From positions 96,001-160,000 of the forward strand of contig JBHGBC010000001.1 of NCBI GenBank assembly GCA_041946805.1: a stretch of 64,000 bases of DNA. Direction: 5' to 3'. This document shows, in pieces, positions 31,418 through 40,064 of this stretch. Under the pieces are notes generated by a model. The model made no database searches. It had not been told where the DNA came from and was given only the letters and a program-made list of their open reading frames with translations. This DNA is from a bacterium. Its GTDB lineage: Bacteria; Hinthialibacterota; Hinthialibacteria; Hinthialibacterales; Hinthialibacteraceae. The translations under genes were made by a program, and so were the position numbers. Position 1 is the stretch's first letter. Every line of letters starts with the position of its first letter.

Positions 31418-32686
31418 TCAGGTCTTCTGGGGCTTTTTCTTGGCCGCCGGAAACAGCACGTTGTTCAGGATCAGGCGGTACCCCGGCGAGTTGGTATACT
31501 GGGACAGGTCCGTATCTCCCTCGCCGACCAGGTGTTGAGGATCTTCCGGATCGTGGCCGCCCAAGAACGTGAAGGTCCCCTTCTCCAGCACGCCGTGGAT
31601 GTACTTGGCGACGCCGAATCCCGGAAATTCGGCCAGCACAATCACGTTGGGCTTCAATCTGCTTTTCCGGAACGCGGTCGTCTGTCCCCAGAAATCCTTG
31701 ACTTTCCGGACATGATCCTGAGTGAGCATGGTGGGCACGGGATCGAACTTGGCGGAAAAATCGAAGAGATCGAAGGTGTCGCTCTGGTAGCGTTCTCCCG
31801 GCGTCAACGGGCTGGGATTGGTGTCGATATCGGAAAATTCATATATCAACGGATTGGGAATGATCGTGAAGTGAGCAAAGGCCAGGGTATTGGCGAAATC
31901 GAGTTTTTCCTGGTATCCGGGAGTCAGTCCGTCCCCGTCGATGGGAGCCTCGACGATATCGACGCCCAGGGCGGACAGGGCGATGTCCAGGGTGTCGGTG
32001 GCGGCGCACATGGCGAAGAGAAAGCCGCCGTTCTTGACGTAATTCCGGATTTCCGTGGCCACGGCCCCCTTGTGTTCCTGGACCTTGGAAAATCCGGCTT
32101 CGCGGGCGGCCGCCAAAAAGGTGCGCATCTGTTCCTGGTACCAGGCCGCGCTCCGGAAGCTGCCGTAGAACTTGCCGTACTGCCCGGTGAAGTCCTCGTG
32201 GTGCAGGTGCAGCCAGTCGTAGTCGTACAATTTGCCGCGCAGCACGTCCGGATCCCACAAGGGATCGAAAGGTATCTGGGCATAGGTGAGCGCCAGGGTG
32301 ACGGCGTCATCCCAGGGATTGCTGTTGGGGGGCGTGTAGACCGCCACCTTGGGGGCTTTCTCCAGGGGGATGACTTCCATGTTGTCCTGTTCGATCGCCT
32401 GATGGATGGACGCGATGTCGCCCTCCGTGACGGGCTGGACCGACACGCCCTGCAAGGCCGCGTAGTTCCGGGTGTTCTCGATCTCATGGATCAAAAACGA
32501 ACCGCCCCGGTAGTTGAGCAGCCATTCGGCCTTGTATTGCCGGGGCGCCTGCAAGGCCCAGTACGTGATCCCGTAGGCCCGCAGATGATCGGTCTGCGCG
32601 GCATCCATGGGGATGAGCAATCCATCGCACCAGGCCGGGATTCCCATGAGTAACCATAAAATAGAGACGGACAACCGCTTGCGCAT
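31418..32686 (-). CDS. Exported conserved protein with a class I glutamine-amidotransferase-like fold (family often mislabelled 'asparagine synthetase B')
   Basis: Signal peptide; motifs LIPMD..QTDHLRAYG, WLLNYRGGSF, YDWLHLHHEDFTGQYGKFY, GGFLFAMC and GGHDPED. Confidence 0.7.
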   Translation of the reverse strand: MRKRLSVSILWLLMGIPAWCDGLLIPMDAAQTDHLRAYGITYWALQAPRQYKAEWLLNYRGGSFLIHEIENTRNYAALQGVSVQPVTEGDIASIHQAIEQDNMEVIPLEKAPKVAVYTPPNSNPWDDAVTLALTYAQIPFDPLWDPDVLRGKLYDYDWLHLHHEDFTGQYGKFYGSFRSAAWYQEQMRTFLAAAREAGFSKVQEHKGAVATEIRNYVKNGGFLFAMCAATDTLDIALSALGVDIVEAPIDGDGLTPGYQEKLDFANTLAFAHFTIIPNPLIYEFSDIDTNPSPLTPGERYQSDTFDLFDFSAKFDPVPTMLTQDHVRKVKDFWGQTTAFRKSRLKPNVIVLAEFPGFGVAKYIHGVLEKGTFTFLGGHDPEDPQHLVGEGDTDLSQYTNSPGYRLILNNVLFPAAKKKPQKT

Positions 32687-33055
32687 GCTTAACCTGCCTG
32701 TTCTTATCCTTCGCTACGGACTGAGGGGGTATTGTACCACCTTTCCCATGGAACGAAAAACAGGGTGGATTCGTCACGCGCGGGAGGGTAATTCACCCGC
32801 AACCCGGGCCGCGTGGCCGCCCCTCATCGTGCCGGCGCACCGCCCGCTTCGCCCTTTTCGTCCTTTAGTTCCTTTGGGTCCTTTTGATACCTCCCCTCTT
32901 CCCGGGGCAGGAGGCAGCCCACCCGGCCGATCAAAAAATAACGGAATCTCCCGATAATCCTGAAGAAAGAATTGATGAAAAGAGGATCCCGCGGGTACAA
33001 TAAATCATTGGGATGATGATTTTGAGCGTGCGAGAATGGGATTATCCAATTCAGA

Positions 33056-34081
33056 ATGACCGCTACCCGCAAGCAAGTCGACAACACTCCCCGGCAATGG
33101 GCGATCCTCTCCCAGGATGAATCCTCGGTCATTTCCTCCGTGCTGCAAAAGATCACGGAATCGGACGCCCAGTTCACCGTGTACGGCGAACTCCAACTGT
33201 TCGAGCACGTGACCGCCTGCCCGGTTCCCCTCTCGGCGCTGGGGAGACTGCCCACGCTCGCCGAGGTCAAGAACAACCCGGAGCGGATCGAAGGCGTGGT
33301 CATCCGGCTGGATGAAAAAAAACGGATGATCATCCGGCTCGATTCCCACCCCATCCAACTCAAGGGGCCGGTGAAAAAGGTCCCGTTTCGTTTCGAGATG
33401 AAATCCTCCCCGGTTTTCTTGACCTTCGCGGCCTACGGCGAACCCCAAATCGGCGACTTCGTGAAATTCCATGACCTGATCAAGGAAAAGGCCCAGTCCA
33501 ACCTGCTGATTCTAGTGGATTTGGCCCAGGTTACCCGGCTTCCCTCCCTCACCGGCCCCATTCTAGGCGATCTGATCGAATACTTGACCCAGCGGAAACG
33601 GAAGGTGGCTATTCTCAACTCGCTGGCGCTGGGTCCGCACTTTCTGGGTACGTATTCCAACACCCGGTTTCTGCGGCATGTGAATCAAGAGCAGGAAGCC
33701 GTGGATTTTTTCCAGGACGAACCGCTTTCCATCCTGGTGGTGGAAGACGAGGAAACCACCCAGCTGCTGATCGCCACGTTCCTGACCCAACGGCATTTTC
33801 AACCCATCGTGGCCTCCACCGCCGAGGAAGGGATCGCCCTGGCCCGCGAAAAACGGCCGGACCTGGTCTTGATGGATCATTACCTGCCGGGCATGAGCGG
33901 CATCGAGGCGGTCCGGATCTTGCGGGACGATCCCCAAACCGGCTCAATCCCCATCCTCATGTTCACCGCGGATTCGGAGCAGGAAACCGTAATGGAAGCG
34001 ATGCAACTGCGGGTGGACGGCTACCTGCTGAAGCCCCTCAATCCCGACGTGTTCATCGAACGGATCGCCAAAACGTTGTGA
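33056..34081 (+). CDS. Response regulator: unknown N-domain, STAS-like domain, C-terminal receiver
   Basis: REC motifs ILVVEDE, PDLVLMDHYLPGMSG, PILMFTA and YLLKP; central LILVDLAQVTRLPS resembles STAS VxDLSxVxxxDS. Confidence 0.75.
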   Translation: MTATRKQVDNTPRQWAILSQDESSVISSVLQKITESDAQFTVYGELQLFEHVTACPVPLSALGRLPTLAEVKNNPERIEGVVIRLDEKKRMIIRLDSHPIQLKGPVKKVPFRFEMKSSPVFLTFAAYGEPQIGDFVKFHDLIKEKAQSNLLILVDLAQVTRLPSLTGPILGDLIEYLTQRKRKVAILNSLALGPHFLGTYSNTRFLRHVNQEQEAVDFFQDEPLSILVVEDEETTQLLIATFLTQRHFQPIVASTAEEGIALAREKRPDLVLMDHYLPGMSGIEAVRILRDDPQTGSIPILMFTADSEQETVMEAMQLRVDGYLLKPLNPDVFIERIAKTL

Positions 34082-34300
34082 TACGGCAGGGGACTTTGTA
34101 TATTGGAAACGCGCGTGCTCCAGGGACTATTCCATCCGGCCAGGCCCGGGATTGTAATCACGGGCTACAGGCAGGTGGTCTCCCGCAGGGGACTCGTAGG
34201 AAGGCACAATCATAGCAGGGACCCGTGGGCGCGCCGCAACGGGCTCCTTCTTCTCATTTCCTGTGCTTACCATTTCTCTCCAGGGTGGTTTTCCTCCACT

Positions 34301-35746
34301 TCACCCCCTGGGCACCCGGTCCGCGATGATCTCCCGCACCCGCTTGGGATCGGCTTTCCCCTGCGATGCGCGCATGGCTTGGCCGACCAGAAAGCCGATG
34401 GCCTGGGCCTTGCCCTTGCGGATGTTTTCAACCGCGTCCGGATGGGCCTCCAGCAGCCGGGCGACCAGCGATTCCAGTTCCGACGTATCGGTCATCTGGC
34501 GCAGCCCCCGCTGTTCCACGATCGCGGCGGGGCTTTCTTGCGATGCGAACATGAGATCGAAGACTTCCTTGGCGGCCGTGGCGTTGATTTCACCCTGCTC
34601 CACCAGCGCGAGCAGGGCGGCGAGGCGCAAGGGATCCACCGGATTGTCCGCGAGCGCCACCCGCCGTTCCTTCAAGGCGGGCAGGAGTTGTTCGGCGATC
34701 CAATGGGCGGCGGCGCGGGGATTGGGGCATGATTCGGCCACCGCTTCGAAATATTCGGCCACATCCCGCTCGGCGGTCATCCACTGCGCTTCTTCATCCG
34801 GCAGGCCGAAAGTCTCCCTGAACCGCCGGCGCTTTTCCGCGGGCAACTCCGGCAGCCGCGCGCGAAACGCGGCCAGTTGCTCATCATCGATCACGATGGG
34901 CGGCACGGTGGGATCGGGCACACAGGGGCCGGAAAACTTCGCCCGCATGGGGGTGGTGATCCCTTGCTCGGGATTCCACAACCGGGTGTGCAGCCGCACC
35001 GCTTCACCGGCCTGGACCTGCCCGATCTGCCGTTGAATTTCATAGGCAATCGCGTCGCCGACGTGGCGGATGGAGTTCATGTTCTTGACTTCCACCTTGG
35101 TGTTCAGTTCCTCGGAACCGGCGGGGCGGATGGAAATGTTCGCGTCGGCCCGCATGGTCCCGCGTTCCAGGCTGCACTCGGCCGCGTCCACGTAGCGGAT
35201 CTGCGTCCGCAGGGCGCGCAGGAATTCCATGGCATCGTGCGGGCCGCGCATGTCCGGTTCCGTGACGATCTCGATCAGCGGCGCGCCGGCCCGGTTGAAG
35301 TCCACCAGGCTGATAGGCTTCGAGCCTTCGGTGTCGTGCACCAGTTTCGCGACATCTTCCTCCATATGGATTTCGTGGATGCGCAACCGTTTCGGGCGGC
35401 CGTCCTCGCCTATGATTTCCAGCCAACCGTTACGCGCCAGGGGCTTGTGGAATTGCGACAGCTGATAACCCTTGGGCAGGTCCGGGTAGTAATATACCTT
35501 CTGGTCGAAGACGCTGCGCGGTTGAATCTCGCAATGGAGGGCCAGGCACGCCATCACGGCTTTTTCGACCGCCGCCCAACTCAGATGAGGAAACGCGCCC
35601 GGCAGCCACAGGCAGGTGGGGCACACGTATTGGTTGGGTTGTTCTCCCGGCTGGTTTGGGCAGTCGCAGAACAACTTGGTGGCGCAGTTCAGATGGATGT
35701 GGATTTCCAATCCGATCACCGCTTCGTATTGGTGGTTATTCGGCAT
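34301..35746 (-). CDS. gatB: Asp/Glu-tRNA amidotransferase subunit B (divergent)
   Basis: Motifs YEAVIGLEIH, TKLFC, YPDLPKGYQ, IHMEED, VDFNRAGAPLIEIVTEPD and EVKNMNS, plus Yqey tail GFLVGQAMR..GKADP. Lacks EEAxDYRYF. Confidence 0.92.
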   Translation of the reverse strand: MPNNHQYEAVIGLEIHIHLNCATKLFCDCPNQPGEQPNQYVCPTCLWLPGAFPHLSWAAVEKAVMACLALHCEIQPRSVFDQKVYYYPDLPKGYQLSQFHKPLARNGWLEIIGEDGRPKRLRIHEIHMEEDVAKLVHDTEGSKPISLVDFNRAGAPLIEIVTEPDMRGPHDAMEFLRALRTQIRYVDAAECSLERGTMRADANISIRPAGSEELNTKVEVKNMNSIRHVGDAIAYEIQRQIGQVQAGEAVRLHTRLWNPEQGITTPMRAKFSGPCVPDPTVPPIVIDDEQLAAFRARLPELPAEKRRRFRETFGLPDEEAQWMTAERDVAEYFEAVAESCPNPRAAAHWIAEQLLPALKERRVALADNPVDPLRLAALLALVEQGEINATAAKEVFDLMFASQESPAAIVEQRGLRQMTDTSELESLVARLLEAHPDAVENIRKGKAQAIGFLVGQAMRASQGKADPKRVREIIADRVPRG

Positions 35747-36962
35747 CGTTGGTTCCCTTCCCGGAGGCGGCGTTCACGAGATGACGGGCGGCCGCGAGCA
35801 GGCGGACATCGGCCAGCGGCGGCCCCATCCACTGCAATCCCAAACTCATATCCGGATCAAAAAGAGATCCCGGCACCGCCAGCGCGGGAAATCCCAACAG
35901 GTTGGCGGGCAACGCCGGTTCAAAACGGTCATACAATTTGTCCAGAGATGAATCCCCCGAGGCATCCGAAGCAGGGGAGCGTAATGGGGAGATCAGCACG
36001 TCCACGTTTTCGAAGAGAGCCTGGGCTTGTTGCAGCAAGCGGCCGCGGATCCGGCAGGCGTTATCGAACGCGGGATAATTCTGGAACTGGAAATACGCAC
36101 CCTGGAACAAGTAACTCTTGATCAGCAGGCCGAACGATTCCGCGCGCGACCGCAGATACATCTCATTCCAGTTCTCGGCGTTCGCGGTCCGGTGGCCATA
36201 ACGCACTCCGTCGTATTTCCCCGCGTGGGAGGATGCCTCCACGGATCCCACCGCCTGGTGCGCCACGCGGAAGAGTTCGTACTCCGGAAGGCCGATCGAT
36301 GTGACGTGAATATTCATCTTACCCAGCCATGTCAACGCCTGCTCAAAGCATTTGGCTTCATCCGGAGACAGACCACGCAAACTCTCCCGGATTACGCCTG
36401 CCTTGATCGGCTTATCGGGCTTTTTCTTGGCTTGGGTGAAATCGAGGGCGGCGTCACGGCGCATGGAGGGGTCTCGTTCATCGGGTCCCGCCAGGACGGC
36501 CAATATTGTGGTGATGGTATCGAGGGACCGGGCGGCCACGCCCAGGCATTCCATCGAGGGGATCAGGCCATTGAATCCGAACCGCGAAATCAGGCCATAG
36601 CTGGGCTTGAATCCATAACATTGGCTGGCCACGGCCGCGCACCGGGCTTCTCCCATCAAGTCGGTCATCACCGCCGCGTGGCCCAGACTTTGCGATAAGG
36701 CATCGGCCATCCGGTCTCCGTCCAGGCCGAGCCCCAGTTCCGCCATGCGGATGCTGCCCGCCAGTTTTGCGCCCGCGGCTTTCAGCTTTTCCACGGCGGC
36801 GGCGTCTTGCAGGGGAACGAACTTTTCGAGCGCCACGCTTCCCGCGCCGCATTCCCACCCCCGCGCCGCCAGGTTGGGTTGAATCAATATTTCCAACTCC
36901 GACAAGGGACCCCGCCCCGCCGCTTGGGAGGCATCGCGATAAGCAAAGATAAGATCTGGCAT
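35736..36962 (-). CDS. gatA: GatA-like amidase-signature protein lacking the catalytic triad
   Basis: Start behind a GAGGTG RBS. Retains GFKPSYGLISRFG, YDGVRYGHR, R.ESFG and ANLLG.PA..VP, but KDN reads QPN, GGSSGGS is absent and DTGGSIR reads DLMGEAR. Confidence 0.85.
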   Translation of the reverse strand: MPDLIFAYRDASQAAGRGPLSELEILIQPNLAARGWECGAGSVALEKFVPLQDAAAVEKLKAAGAKLAGSIRMAELGLGLDGDRMADALSQSLGHAAVMTDLMGEARCAAVASQCYGFKPSYGLISRFGFNGLIPSMECLGVAARSLDTITTILAVLAGPDERDPSMRRDAALDFTQAKKKPDKPIKAGVIRESLRGLSPDEAKCFEQALTWLGKMNIHVTSIGLPEYELFRVAHQAVGSVEASSHAGKYDGVRYGHRTANAENWNEMYLRSRAESFGLLIKSYLFQGAYFQFQNYPAFDNACRIRGRLLQQAQALFENVDVLISPLRSPASDASGDSSLDKLYDRFEPALPANLLGFPALAVPGSLFDPDMSLGLQWMGPPLADVRLLAAARHLVNAASGKGTNDAE

Positions 36963-36996
36963 TCCACACCTCGCTGAAGATTCGCTGGTGAAAAGG

Positions 36997-37082
36997 CTTC
37001 CCTCACACCCGGCCCTCTCCCGGAGGGAGAGGGAATTCATTGTTTGGGTCCCCATCGTCTCAGGGCTGAAGCCCTGGGCTAG
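36997..37082. repeat. Composite REP element (family B plus family C) between aspS-gatC and gatA
   Basis: CCCTCACACCCGGCCCTCTCCCGGAGGGAGAGGG...CAGGGCTGAAGCCCTGGGCTAG; matches 21305-21378. Confidence 0.8.
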
Positions 37083-37168
37083 GCTCATGCCGCGCCGTGG
37101 GCGCTGAAAAGACAAGCACGCATTCCAGTAAATCATTCAATACGAAAACTCAACAGAACCGATACGAT

Positions 37169-39283
37169 TTATTCCAAAATATTCGCGACCTTGAAATAAT
37201 CCCCCTTCAGGGCGGGAGCGTTTTTGAGCAATTCGCCGGATGGCACAAACGGGCTGATCCGGGCTTCGGTTCCCGGACGGGATTTTTGCGCGATCTCGAT
37301 GACCGAATACAACGGCTCGCCGTCGCCGGGGATAGATTGTATCTTTTCCGCCAAACGCTCCGCCTGCCGCACCGCTGCATGCACGGCGTTTCGCTCGTTA
37401 TCACTCACTCCGATGCGGGAAACCCAGGACAAGGTCTCCACGATATCCCCCTCGTGGTCCATCCCCGGCAACACCGCTTCTCCCCCCAGGTTCAACAGCC
37501 CCAGTTCCGCCAATTGCTGCCGGGCGACGGGCGAGGGCGCTTGCGTCAACGGGCAATACGCGCTCCGGTTTTTGGGGAACGCAATAACATCACGGATGGA
37601 GGCCGTCCCCAGGATCATGGCGGTCACGCGGTCCAGCCCCAGGGCGATGCCGCCGTGCGGCGGCGCGCCGTATTCCAACGCCTGCACGAAGAAGCCGAAC
37701 TTGTCGGCGATGTCTTCGGGAGTCAATCCCAGGGCTTCGAACACTTTTTGCTGGACTTTGGTGTCGTGGATGCGGATGCTGCCCCCGCCCAATTCCTCGC
37801 CGTTCATCACCAGGTCGTAAGCCCGGGAGCGCAACGACAGCAGTTCATCGCGGTCGCGGGGATCGAAATCCACCCGGTCCGGCGCGGTGAAGGGATGGTG
37901 GCAGGACGTGACCCAATCCTCCGTGGGTTCGAAAAGAGGGAACTCGGTCACCCATAGCGGGCAGTATGTGCCGGCGGGGATCAACCCCAGCCGGTCCGCC
38001 ACATGCAGCCGCAGTTTACCCAGCACCGCGGTCACCACCGCATAGGAGGCATCGGCGATCAGCATGAGCACGTCGCCCTCTTCCGCCTCAAAACGCCGGA
38101 GGATTTCCTGCCGCTCGCCCTCGCTGAAAAACTGCACGATGTTGGATTCCAGATTCCCGCCGGCCACCCGCATCCAGGTCATGCCCTTGCCGCCCAGCGA
38201 AGGGACGATTTGCTTGGCGTATTCGTTCTGCAACACGTTTTTGCTCAGGGCGTCCGATTGGCCCTTGACGTTGATGCCCTTGATGCGCCCGCCGGCCTGG
38301 ATGATCTTCTGGAAGATGGCGTAATTCGTGTTCCGGAAAATATCGGTGGCCTCGATGAACCGCAATCCGAAGCGCAGATCGGGGCGGTCGGAGCCGGTGG
38401 TGTCCATGGCTTCTTGGTAAGTCATGCGGGGAAAGGGGCGGGGCAGGTCGATGCCGCCCACGGCGAACATCCGGACGGTGAGTTCCTCCATCAATTCATA
38501 AATGAATTCCTCGTCGATGAAGGAGGCTTCCAGATCGATCTGGGTGAATTCGGGCTGGCGGTTGGGACGCAGATCTTCGTCGCGGAAACACCGGACGATT
38601 TGGAAGTAGCGTTCGAAGCCGCTGATCATCAGCAGCTGCTTGAACAGCTGGGGCGATTGCGGCAGCGCGTAAAAATGGCCTGGATGCACGCGGCTGGGGA
38701 CGAGGTAGTCGCGCGCCCCTTCGGGCGTGCTTTTGGTCAGTACCGGGGTTTCGATTTCCAGAAATCCGCGCTCGTCGAGAAAATCCCGCACGCGCTTGAC
38801 GATACGGTGGCGTTTGATGAAATGGTCCTGCATCGAGGGGCGCCGCAGATCCAGAAAGCGGTATTGCAGCCGCAGGTCTTCCGCCACCGCGCCCGGACCG
38901 GCCAGTTCCACCCCGGCGGTCATACCCTTCTCCGAGATCAGGAACGGCAAGGGCTTGGAGGGATTCAAGACCATCAGCTCCGTGGCGATGATCTCCACGT
39001 CTCCGGTTTCCAGCGACGGATTTTCCGTGCCCGGCATCCGCTCCGCCACGGTTCCCGTCACCGTCATGCAAAATTCTTCCTTGAGACCCCGTGTCAGTTC
39101 CCGCAAATGGGGCGCGCGGTTCCAATCGAAGACGACTTGCACAATGCCGCTGCGGTCCCGCAGATGCGCGAAGAGCACCTCGCCATGGTCCCGCAGGGCG
39201 TCCATCCATCCCGCGACTTGCACTTGGCGGCCGGCGTCCTTCGGACGCAACGAGCCACAGGGAATCCGGTCATGAAAATTCAT
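37169..39283 (-). CDS. aspS: Aspartyl-tRNA synthetase (non-discriminating type) with a C-terminal GatC fusion
   Basis: GAGGTG RBS. Motifs RDHG, LRDRSG, TPEGARDYLVP, LPQSPQLFKQ, CFRDEDLR.NRQPEFTQ and PPHGGIALGLDR. Extra ~95-aa tail ending LLKNAPALKGDYFKVANILE is GatC-like. Confidence 0.93.
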   Translation of the reverse strand: MNFHDRIPCGSLRPKDAGRQVQVAGWMDALRDHGEVLFAHLRDRSGIVQVVFDWNRAPHLRELTRGLKEEFCMTVTGTVAERMPGTENPSLETGDVEIIATELMVLNPSKPLPFLISEKGMTAGVELAGPGAVAEDLRLQYRFLDLRRPSMQDHFIKRHRIVKRVRDFLDERGFLEIETPVLTKSTPEGARDYLVPSRVHPGHFYALPQSPQLFKQLLMISGFERYFQIVRCFRDEDLRPNRQPEFTQIDLEASFIDEEFIYELMEELTVRMFAVGGIDLPRPFPRMTYQEAMDTTGSDRPDLRFGLRFIEATDIFRNTNYAIFQKIIQAGGRIKGINVKGQSDALSKNVLQNEYAKQIVPSLGGKGMTWMRVAGGNLESNIVQFFSEGERQEILRRFEAEEGDVLMLIADASYAVVTAVLGKLRLHVADRLGLIPAGTYCPLWVTEFPLFEPTEDWVTSCHHPFTAPDRVDFDPRDRDELLSLRSRAYDLVMNGEELGGGSIRIHDTKVQQKVFEALGLTPEDIADKFGFFVQALEYGAPPHGGIALGLDRVTAMILGTASIRDVIAFPKNRSAYCPLTQAPSPVARQQLAELGLLNLGGEAVLPGMDHEGDIVETLSWVSRIGVSDNERNAVHAAVRQAERLAEKIQSIPGDGEPLYSVIEIAQKSRPGTEARISPFVPSGELLKNAPALKGDYFKVANILE

Positions 39284-39555
39284 CGATGTGTCACCTCGGT
39301 TGTTTCCCTTGCGCGGCGGGAACCGGCGCCCGCATGCCTGGCTTTCGTCCCCCCCGGCGTGTTGCTGGTTTTTCACGTATCATGGGCCGTCCCCCTTTGT
39401 CAAGGCGGAGGCCCGGGCCGGGCCGGCAAGGAACATGCCGCAAAAAACAATCCGCTGCCCCTCTCAGTCGCCGGCCCAGTAAGAGTACAATAGACTTTTC
39501 CTGGTTTCCCGCGGGAGCGGGAGAGATCAATGAACCGATTCAGGAAAGGGAGACA

Positions 39556-40029
39556 ATGCGCGCGCTGCGGATCTTGATTCTATTGGCGATTATCGTGTTG
39601 GTGGGATTGGCCTTCTATGCCAAGGGGCCGGATGGTTTTTTCTCGAAAACCGGGACGGATTCCACGCCGGCCGAACCGGCCAACGCCCTCGACAAGATGC
39701 AGAAGATGGTGGAAGAGCGCCTGCCCCAGTTGCGTGGCAACGGCGAACGCCTGCTGGGCGACATTTCGAATTTTTTCAAGGACTTGAATACCCAAGCCAA
39801 GGATGTCATTCTTTCGGCGTCTCCTGCACTTTCGCAAGCGATTTCCGAACGCGTCTTTTCGGCGACCACGCCCCTGACCGAATCCGAAAAGGATGAGATC
39901 GGAAAAGAACTGAAAGCCCTGGGAGAAGAATTACGCCAAAAGGGGCAGGAGGAGCTCGCCCGCCGCGCGGACGAGATTTATCAACAGTTCAAGAAGAAAC
40001 TGGAAGAGGCCGGCAAGGTCCAGCCGTAG
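39556..40029 (+). CDS. Hypothetical protein with N-terminal membrane anchor/signal, helical
   Basis: AGGGAG RBS before MRALRILILLAIIVLVGLAF; Lys/Glu-rich helices. Confidence 0.7.
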   Translation: MRALRILILLAIIVLVGLAFYAKGPDGFFSKTGTDSTPAEPANALDKMQKMVEERLPQLRGNGERLLGDISNFFKDLNTQAKDVILSASPALSQAISERVFSATTPLTESEKDEIGKELKALGEELRQKGQEELARRADEIYQQFKKKLEEAGKVQP

Positions 40030-40064
40030 AAGCGGCGGGAGGATTTCCAACCGATCCATCTACC

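Noticed and set aside
32850..32886. Short 9-bp-period tandem (GTCCTTT-like)
   Set aside because: Only about four degenerate units; low-complexity intergenic DNA with no supportable function.
36963..37136. N-terminal extension of gatA (similarly proB 26833-27066 and the sugar-binding protein 52069-52227)
   Set aside because: These translate intergenic or REP DNA (e.g. LSLRERAG); better RBS-supported starts lie downstream.
39284..39400. T-box or riboswitch in the aspS leader
   Set aside because: No T-box consensus (AGGGTGGNACCGCG) or terminator/antiterminator pair was recognised.
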